The notes below the pieces were generated by a model. The model was not told where the DNA came from. It ran no database searches and saw nothing but the letters and a program-made list of their open reading frames with translations. 64,000 bases of DNA from a candidate division FCPU426 bacterium. Lineage in GTDB: Bacteria > Oederibacteriota > Muellerivitia > Muellerivitales > Muellerivitaceae. The position numbers and the translations under genes are program-made. Each line of letters begins with the position of its first letter. Within the stretch, counting starts at the first letter, position 1. Shown piece by piece: positions 57,415 to 64,000 of this stretch. Where the stretch lies: NCBI GenBank assembly GCA_963830915.1, contig CAWHOE010000064.1, positions 128,001-192,000 on the forward strand, in the 5' to 3' direction.

Positions 57415-59018
57415 ATGATCCTCTGGTATTCGTTCAAATCCTTCTTCCAAACCACGACCCCGCAAAAACGCTCGCCCTCCGGGCAGACCGGCTTGGTGCC
57501 GGCCCGGGAGCGCAGACCGCAGGGAGGCAGGAGCCATTTTCCGATCCTGGGATGGATCTCCCGCACTTGCTGGGCCTCGTCCACCGAAGCCTTCCATATC
57601 TCTTCCTGGGCGTTATAGCAAAGGCGCATGGCGTGCTTGTGGTGCAGGTTCAGCAAGTCGGAGGATTCGGTGAATCTTATCGCCACCGCGTTCGGGAGAA
57701 GGTAAGCGGCGAATTCCTCGGAGACTCCCGTTTTCCGCAATTTGACGATGTTTTCCCAGGTCCTTTCCATGACCTGGCCGAATTCCTTTTTGAGGGCCGG
57801 GTCCTGCTCCAGCAGGACCGGGACCAGGTAATCCGGCTCATCCAGGGTAAGCGCGCGCAGGATCGGCCGGGAGGCCGGGGTCATGCGGTGCCGTTGGTCC
57901 TGGGAATCCCCCGTGTGGGATAGCTTCTTGCGGAAGGAATAATGAGGATGAAAAAGCGCCCGGGTCAGCTTGCTATGGGTGGAGACATTGAGGGTCTCCC
58001 CCAGGGTCTGGTTCTTGGAGGGGTCCAGGGCCAGGGCGATGGCGTCCTCGTCGGATAAAGCGGAGGCTGGCAGCCCGAATACTTCCCGGACGGCGGAAGC
58101 CAGGGTCTTCTCCCCTTCCTTGGAATAGTCCACCAGCTTGGACATCCGGCCTTCCAAAGATGCGTCGAATTCCTCCCGGAATTTTTTTTGGGTCCGGACA
58201 GCCTCGTGGAATTGTCGGAGCGTCATGGCCTCGGGGGTCGTTTCCAGTTCCAGGGGTTCTTCCAGGATGGCTTTATACTCGGGCGCTTGTTCCAGGACCG
58301 CTTCCACCATTTTGCCCACCACGATCCTTTGTTCCAGGGGCGTGTCGAAGGTCTGGCAGAGCCTCCAGTAGCGAAGCAAAGTGAGCCCCGAGACCGTATG
58401 GTAGAGATAAGCGAAGGTGGCGACCGGAAGGACGTAACGGGCCACTTCCTGGGATTTTTTCTGGACCGCCGTGGATCCCTTTTTACCCTTGAGGTCCGCG
58501 TGTTTGAAGCGGGCCTGGTATTCCCGGCCCACCAGGGGTTTAAGTTTCTCCGTCAGATCCAGGTAAGCCTGGGTTTGAAAAGCGACCGTCTCCTCATAGA
58601 TCCGGGAGGCTTCCAGGGAAAGGGGCGGCTGGGCCACTTGCTTGGGGTCCACCGTCACGTAGCGCTGGGATACCTGCTCCGAATTGTAGAAAGGATGGCT
58701 GTGCAGGAAGCTCCAGATGAATTGCCGGGAAACGTTCTCGATAGCGAATTGGAAATGGGCGTGCTGCAGGGTGGTATGGTGCCCGGCTTTGTAGATGGAA
58801 CGGGCCAACTCATCCCGCTTTTGCCGTTTGTCTTCCCGCAGGACCTCGTCCAGCCCCTCTCCCGACACTTGCTCGGCGGTGATGATCCCCTTGCTGGAAT
58901 AACAGGTCCGGGCCGTGGCGACGGCGTTGTCAAAAGGCTTGGCGAAACTGTTGACGAGGGTGACTTTCGGTTCAGGGGACAGGAAAGCCTGATTGAGGAA
59001 GTCTGTCGATTCGCGCAT
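57411..59018 (-). CDS. thyX: FAD-dependent thymidylate synthase, long tandem-domain type
   Basis: ATARTCYS, GHHTTLQH, SEQVSQRY, EVARYVLP; second module QDQRHR...AAYLLPN...RLCYNAQEEI. Confidence 0.8.
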   Translation of the reverse strand: MRESTDFLNQAFLSPEPKVTLVNSFAKPFDNAVATARTCYSSKGIITAEQVSGEGLDEVLREDKRQKRDELARSIYKAGHHTTLQHAHFQFAIENVSRQFIWSFLHSHPFYNSEQVSQRYVTVDPKQVAQPPLSLEASRIYEETVAFQTQAYLDLTEKLKPLVGREYQARFKHADLKGKKGSTAVQKKSQEVARYVLPVATFAYLYHTVSGLTLLRYWRLCQTFDTPLEQRIVVGKMVEAVLEQAPEYKAILEEPLELETTPEAMTLRQFHEAVRTQKKFREEFDASLEGRMSKLVDYSKEGEKTLASAVREVFGLPASALSDEDAIALALDPSKNQTLGETLNVSTHSKLTRALFHPHYSFRKKLSHTGDSQDQRHRMTPASRPILRALTLDEPDYLVPVLLEQDPALKKEFGQVMERTWENIVKLRKTGVSEEFAAYLLPNAVAIRFTESSDLLNLHHKHAMRLCYNAQEEIWKASVDEAQQVREIHPRIGKWLLPPCGLRSRAGTKPVCPEGERFCGVVVWKKDLNEYQRII

Positions 59019-59247
59019 GGGGTCTCTTTATCGATATTTCAGTCGTCGCAAGGAATGGGAACGGCTCATTTTAACCGAAATCACTTTTTATTCGGGAGCT
59101 TTTACTGTTTTTCTTTCCCGCCCCTTGCTAAGGAACGGGGACTCTTTTTAATATCATTACCAGGACAGGTCGTGTTTTCCAATCCTGTCCCCCGGAACTA
59201 TTTAAGCCAGATATTCAAAAGCGGCGCGACCGCTGAAAAGGAATCCT

Positions 59248-60684
59248 ATGTCCGCCAAACCCTCCACGCTGGGAGCCCTGAAAGCCTCCTCATATCCCGA
59301 TCTTTCCGTCAAGGAAGAGCTGGAGCGTAATCTGATCCGGACGCTCAAGACGGGCAAGCCCCTTTTTCCCCTGATCCACGGCTTCGACGAGACGGTCATT
59401 CCCCAGATGGTCAACGCCCTTTTGTCCCACCACGATATCGTGTTTTTGGGGGAAAAAGGCCAGGCCAAGAGCCGCCTGATGAGGTCCCTGATCCAGTTCC
59501 TGGACGAGGAGATCCCCATCGTGAAGGGCTGCGAGATACACGACCATCCCTATCATCCCATCTGCGCTTCCTGCCGTAAAAAGCTGAGGGAAAAAGGGGA
59601 CCAACTGGAGATCGAGTGGATCGGCCGGGAGGAACGCTACGCCGAGCGCCTTTCCCCCGGCACCAAGATCGCCGACCTGATCGGCGACCTGGACCCGGCC
59701 AAGGTGGCGGCCGGAAACCCCCTGGCCAGCGAGGAAGCCATCCATTTCGGCCTTATCCCCCGCATGAACCGGGGCCTGTTCGCCATCAACGAATTGCCGG
59801 ACCTGGAATACCTGGTCCAGGTGGCGCTTTTCAATATCCTGGAGGAAAGGGATATCCAGGTCAGGGGCTATCCCATCCGTTTCGACCTGGACATCATCCT
59901 TCTCTTCACCGCCAATCCGGAGGAATACACCCGGGCCGGCAAGATCATCACCCAGTTGAAGGACCGGATCGGGGCCGAGATCCGCACCCATTACCCCCTG
60001 ACCCGCGACCTGGGGATCAAGATCATCCACCAGGAAGCCCGCGTTCCCGGTAACGACGAGGTCAAGCTCGTCGTCCCCGATTTCATGACCGAGATCATCG
60101 AGCAGATCACCATCGAGTCCCGCAAGAGCCCCTATGTGAACCAGAAGTCCGGGGTATCCGCCAGGCTTTCCATCGCCAATTACGAGACCATGATCGCCAA
60201 CGCCAGGCGCCGGGCCTTCCTCCTGGGCGAGAAGGAAGCCGTGCCCCGCATGTCCGACCTGAATTACCTTTATACTTCCTCCTCGGGCAAGATCGAGTTG
60301 GACCCCTTCCGCGAGGAGACGGTCAACGAATTCCAGGTCTTCGGCAAGATCATGGACAAGGCCGTTTCCCAGGTCTTCAAGGAACACATGGAAAAGGGCG
60401 GGCTGGAAATGGGTCTGCCAGACCTGTCGGGGGATAAGCATATCCGGATATCCGAATTGACCCCCTCCCCCGAGTACAAGAACATCATCTCCCATCTTCC
60501 CCAGATCTGGGAGCCGGTCCACCACCTCACCGCGAAGAATTCCGAGGTCTATCAGGCCTCCTGCGTGGAATTCGTATTGGAAGGCCTGCACCTTTCGGGA
60601 AAACTCTCCCGGTCGAAAGTGGGGGAGATATTCGATTATCAGCTTCCCGTCATTCAACGGCCCAAAAAGCAGAAAGAAGAATGA
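59248..60684 (+). CDS. Mg-chelatase-like AAA+ ATPase
   Basis: GEKGQAKS Walker A variant, AINELPDL, NILEERD, TANPEEYT..GKIIT.LKDRIG. Confidence 0.85.
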   Translation: MSAKPSTLGALKASSYPDLSVKEELERNLIRTLKTGKPLFPLIHGFDETVIPQMVNALLSHHDIVFLGEKGQAKSRLMRSLIQFLDEEIPIVKGCEIHDHPYHPICASCRKKLREKGDQLEIEWIGREERYAERLSPGTKIADLIGDLDPAKVAAGNPLASEEAIHFGLIPRMNRGLFAINELPDLEYLVQVALFNILEERDIQVRGYPIRFDLDIILLFTANPEEYTRAGKIITQLKDRIGAEIRTHYPLTRDLGIKIIHQEARVPGNDEVKLVVPDFMTEIIEQITIESRKSPYVNQKSGVSARLSIANYETMIANARRRAFLLGEKEAVPRMSDLNYLYTSSSGKIELDPFREETVNEFQVFGKIMDKAVSQVFKEHMEKGGLEMGLPDLSGDKHIRISELTPSPEYKNIISHLPQIWEPVHHLTAKNSEVYQASCVEFVLEGLHLSGKLSRSKVGEIFDYQLPVIQRPKKQKEE

Positions 60685-60706
60685 GGAAAGGGTTGGGTGG
60701 GTCGCT

Positions 60707-62455
60707 ATGATCACGCACGATTATTCCCAGTGGCACGAGCCGGAGAAACCTCCTTTCACCATCGACGACCTGGTCAACGCCGTGAAAGAGCTCATGATGC
60801 AGTACCATGTGAGCTTTGACGAGGCCCTGCGCCACCTCCAGGAAAAAGGCATCCCCTACAACCAGTTCCTCAAGGTCAGCGGTCTGGAGGACCTCATCCA
60901 GGGCTATTTGGACGAGCTGGACCGGCAAAAACAGGAGCTGCTGGGGAAATACAGGATCGATGAGGTCCTGAACCAACTGGAGGATGATATCCGCCGGAAA
61001 AAGGCGGCTTTGGAACAGCAGGTCGCCAAGCTGAAGGATCCTTCCCTCTTGGAAAGACTGAAGGAGGCCCTGGAACAGCGTAATCCCTCCGGTCTATACA
61101 ACCTGGATTGGCAGTTGTCCCGGCTCCAGAACAAAACCGCCGAGGAAGCCAGGCATCAGCTTCAGGAATTGACCAGGCTCATCCAACAAATGAAGTCCCT
61201 GGCCGAACTCTATGAAAACCATGAATTCACAGGCGCCCAAACCCCCACCCTTTCGGAAGCGTCCCGCATGAACGAGAAGCTGCGGGTTTTGGAGGACTTG
61301 GAGGAAAAGCTTCTCGACGCCCTGGAATACGGCGACCTTTTCAATATTGAGCCGGACCTGCTCCGGGAAACTCTGGGCGAGGAAGCCGTCCAAGCCCTTG
61401 ATGAGAAAAGGGAGGAACTCCGCCGCCAATTCACCGAGGCCTTGCAGGCGACCGGCGACGTGGATTACGACGAGGGGACGGACATCTACAAGATCACGCC
61501 GGGGGCCGCCCGGAAGATCGGGGAAAAGGCCCTGAAAGAGGTTTTCTCCCGCCTGTTCACCGACGGGGTAGGCCGGCACCACGCCACCTTTACGGGCGAC
61601 GGGAACGTGGAAATGACGACCACCAAGCCTTATGAGTTCGGGGATTCCCTGACCTCGCTGGACCTGCCGTCCAGCCTGTTGAACTCGGCCATCCGTCAGG
61701 TGGGCGACCCTGGAGGGTTCAAGGATGGGAAGATCCGGATCGACAGCCGGGATTTCATGGTCCACCAGACCAAGGGCGCCGCTTCCTCGGCCATCGTCAT
61801 GCTCATCGACCAAAGCGGTTCCATGTCCCGATACGGGCGTTTTTACAATTCCAAGAAACTCGCCCTGGCCCTGGACGCGCTCATTCGGACCGAATATCCC
61901 GAGGACAAATTGTATTTCGTTTGTTTTTCCACCTTCGCCAAACAGATCACCATCGGCGGCATCCCCGAGTTGGCGCCCAAGCCGGTGACACTGATGGGCG
62001 GGGCGGTCAACATGCGGGTGGACTTCTCCAAGGAAGAGGCGAAACAGGGCCGCGGCGTGATCCCTGAGCACTTCACCAATCTGCAAAAAGGCCTGGAATT
62101 GGCCCGGGTCCTGCTCGCCAACGTGGACACCAAGAATAAAAGCATCCTGCTCATCACCGACGGCGCCCCCACGGCTTTTTACGAGGGCTCCTACCTTTAC
62201 CTGACCTATCCTCCCAATGAACGCACCTATCAGCGGACCATGCGGGAGGTCAAGATGGTCACGGACGAGAACATCACCATCAATACCTTCATGATGGGCA
62301 ATGAGTACGACACGGGGTACTTCGGTGAGGGGGAATTCCTGGAAAGGATGCATGAGATCAACAAAGGCCGTCTGATCTATCCCGCGCCGGATAAATTGAC
62401 CCAGTACGTACTGAAGGATTACCTGGATGGTAAGAAAAAGATCATCCAGATCTGA
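60707..62455 (+). CDS. VWA domain protein, partner of the AAA+ ATPase
   Basis: DQSGSMS MIDAS, TNLQKGL, LITDGAPT; long helical N-terminus. Confidence 0.88.
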   Translation: MITHDYSQWHEPEKPPFTIDDLVNAVKELMMQYHVSFDEALRHLQEKGIPYNQFLKVSGLEDLIQGYLDELDRQKQELLGKYRIDEVLNQLEDDIRRKKAALEQQVAKLKDPSLLERLKEALEQRNPSGLYNLDWQLSRLQNKTAEEARHQLQELTRLIQQMKSLAELYENHEFTGAQTPTLSEASRMNEKLRVLEDLEEKLLDALEYGDLFNIEPDLLRETLGEEAVQALDEKREELRRQFTEALQATGDVDYDEGTDIYKITPGAARKIGEKALKEVFSRLFTDGVGRHHATFTGDGNVEMTTTKPYEFGDSLTSLDLPSSLLNSAIRQVGDPGGFKDGKIRIDSRDFMVHQTKGAASSAIVMLIDQSGSMSRYGRFYNSKKLALALDALIRTEYPEDKLYFVCFSTFAKQITIGGIPELAPKPVTLMGGAVNMRVDFSKEEAKQGRGVIPEHFTNLQKGLELARVLLANVDTKNKSILLITDGAPTAFYEGSYLYLTYPPNERTYQRTMREVKMVTDENITINTFMMGNEYDTGYFGEGEFLERMHEINKGRLIYPAPDKLTQYVLKDYLDGKKKIIQI

Positions 62456-62461
62456 TCTTTA

Positions 62462-64000
62462 TTACCTGGGCGTTCCTTGAACTTCATCCTGCTGGGACTG
62501 GACTAAAGGATAAAGCCGTTCCGATTCTTTGGCCTTTTTAACAGCAGCCAACGCTTCCTTGTCCTGCCCTCCTATTGTGTACAATTCCGCCAATTGGTAG
62601 TACAGGTGGGCCGCTGGATAACCCCTTTGGACCGCTAATTCCAGGGCGCGAAGGTGTTCCCGGTAATGGCTTTCATGGCTCCCATAGTAAAAAGCCCCCA
62701 CTTTCTCCCAAAAAGACGCTTCCAGGAAAGGGTCGCCTTGAACGAGCGGATATTTTTCTAGGATGATCTTCTCCACATTCGCCACGCTATTCAGGTCATA
62801 AGGATGGCCGGTATTCCATGTGATCCCCTGGAAAACCTCATCCGCTTTTACCCACCGAGCGATGACCTGCCGGTCCTTATCCTCGACAGGCAATATGCCC
62901 AGCAATTCATCCCCATCTTTGCCGGCCAAACCCGGAAGAGGGATCCATTGTCCCTCCGGGAACCTTTTTTTCAGGAACGGACCATATTGGATATCCGTGA
63001 GGACCGCCAGCCACCGGGCCGTGGAAGGATTTAGTTGGGGATCAAATGCGGCATTGAAAAAATAACTGGATGTATTAAGGGTTTGGTCTGAGTGGACGTC
63101 CCATTCTCCCAATACAAAACCTGGGCCTTCCTTGTTTTCCCGTTCTTTCAATAACCCAAAAACAAGATGACGATTATAGGATTTCCCGACTTCTGAAAAG
63201 ATCCCGGGGTTCCCCTGGATGGGAACGAAAGGATGGAAGAGTCGGACCAGATCCAAACCCAACGCCAATATCAGGAAAAGGGACAGGAACCAGGGACCAG
63301 CGGAATAGGGAATATTTTTTATGAGCGTCCTTAATCCCATGACCGCCACAAACGATACGATCGGGAGCATCTGGACGACGCGGTATCCTTCCACATTGAG
63401 GGAAAGAATTCCCGGGAGAACGAGTACCAACAGGGCCGTCCCGATCCACTTGGCCCAGGCGGTCCGTCGGAAATGGATGACCTCGGCCAACCCGATGAAA
63501 AAACACCCATCCCAAAGCGGATTCAAGAAACCGCCGATCGTTGGGACATAACTCGCTCCCCGGACTCCTCCCCAGAACAACGCCGCGACATATTGGAACA
63601 TGGTCGCGACTTGGGAACTTAACCCATGTCCTCTAGTCCAACCCGCAATGGCCAAAACATGGCGCCCATAGGAGCTAACGCTCCATTCCCATGCCAAGGG
63701 AATGATCGCCACCATAAAGGCCCCCAGGAACACCCAAAAGTCCTCGGCCCGTTTTTTCTTATGAACGGCCAGGAAAAAAAACAACCCGGCCAGAAATAAG
63801 GAAACAAGCGGGGCCGAATGGAAGGTCAAGTATCCCAATCCCGACCAAAGACCTATCCCTAAAGACCAAGTCCTACTCGCCGTACCCCGCGATCCCCAAT
63901 ATCGAACCATGCCATAAAAAGAGATCAACATCCATAAGGGGACCAGGACGCCACCCAGGGAAAAACGTCCGATAAAAAGGGGCCAAAAGGAAAAAGCCAA
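62462..64000 (-). CDS. GT-C membrane glycosyltransferase (5' end beyond window), paralog of 41166-43160
   Basis: LFWG...YVPTIGGFLNPLW..FFIG, FLKKRFP..W and GDPFL shared with the paralog; terminal TPR. Confidence 0.7.
   Translation of the reverse strand: MAFSFWPLFIGRFSLGGVLVPLWMLISFYGMVRYWGSRGTASRTWSLGIGLWSGLGYLTFHSAPLVSLFLAGLFFFLAVHKKKRAEDFWVFLGAFMVAIIPLAWEWSVSSYGRHVLAIAGWTRGHGLSSQVATMFQYVAALFWGGVRGASYVPTIGGFLNPLWDGCFFIGLAEVIHFRRTAWAKWIGTALLVLVLPGILSLNVEGYRVVQMLPIVSFVAVMGLRTLIKNIPYSAGPWFLSLFLILALGLDLVRLFHPFVPIQGNPGIFSEVGKSYNRHLVFGLLKERENKEGPGFVLGEWDVHSDQTLNTSSYFFNAAFDPQLNPSTARWLAVLTDIQYGPFLKKRFPEGQWIPLPGLAGKDGDELLGILPVEDKDRQVIARWVKADEVFQGITWNTGHPYDLNSVANVEKIILEKYPLVQGDPFLEASFWEKVGAFYYGSHESHYREHLRALELAVQRGYPAAHLYYQLAELYTIGGQDKEALAAVKKAKESERLYPLVQSQQDEVQGTPR

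Noticed and set aside
1..64000. tRNA, rRNA, transposase or integrase genes
   Set aside because: None recognised by eye in intergenic regions or the ORF track; tRNAscan, Infernal and HMM searches would be needed to exclude them.

Overview
GC-rich bacterial chromosomal segment; the organism cannot be identified from the sequence. The backbone carries housekeeping and metabolic genes (liv ABC parts, copA/copZ, aconitase, cysC, mdh, icd, bcp, moeB-rhodanese, mtnB/mtnD, queG, mqnD, thyX, an AAA+/VWA pair) and several GT-C membrane glycosyltransferases. The main discovery is an accessory island at ~28.8-38.5 kb. Twelve directly oriented copies of a 28-bp palindrome (TGTCCACGACG-GGTCCC-CGTCGTGGACA, 11-6-11 geometry) separate ten AT-rich, co-oriented gene cassettes that mostly encode secreted or membrane proteins. 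The array is headed by a gene for a ParB-type HTH / transmembrane / VirB8-like fusion protein, which is preceded by six 53-bp tandem repeats built from GTAACNNGTTAC-type palindromes. This resembles an integron-like gene-capture array with a non-attC site, and no recombinase is encoded in the window. Also present: a Fic/HTH 'mobile mystery' pair bracketed by a ~124-bp direct repeat, several families of small intergenic inverted-repeat elements (one nested in another), and four single-base frameshifts that may be sequencing errors. All family assignments are from motif recognition by eye, not database searches.
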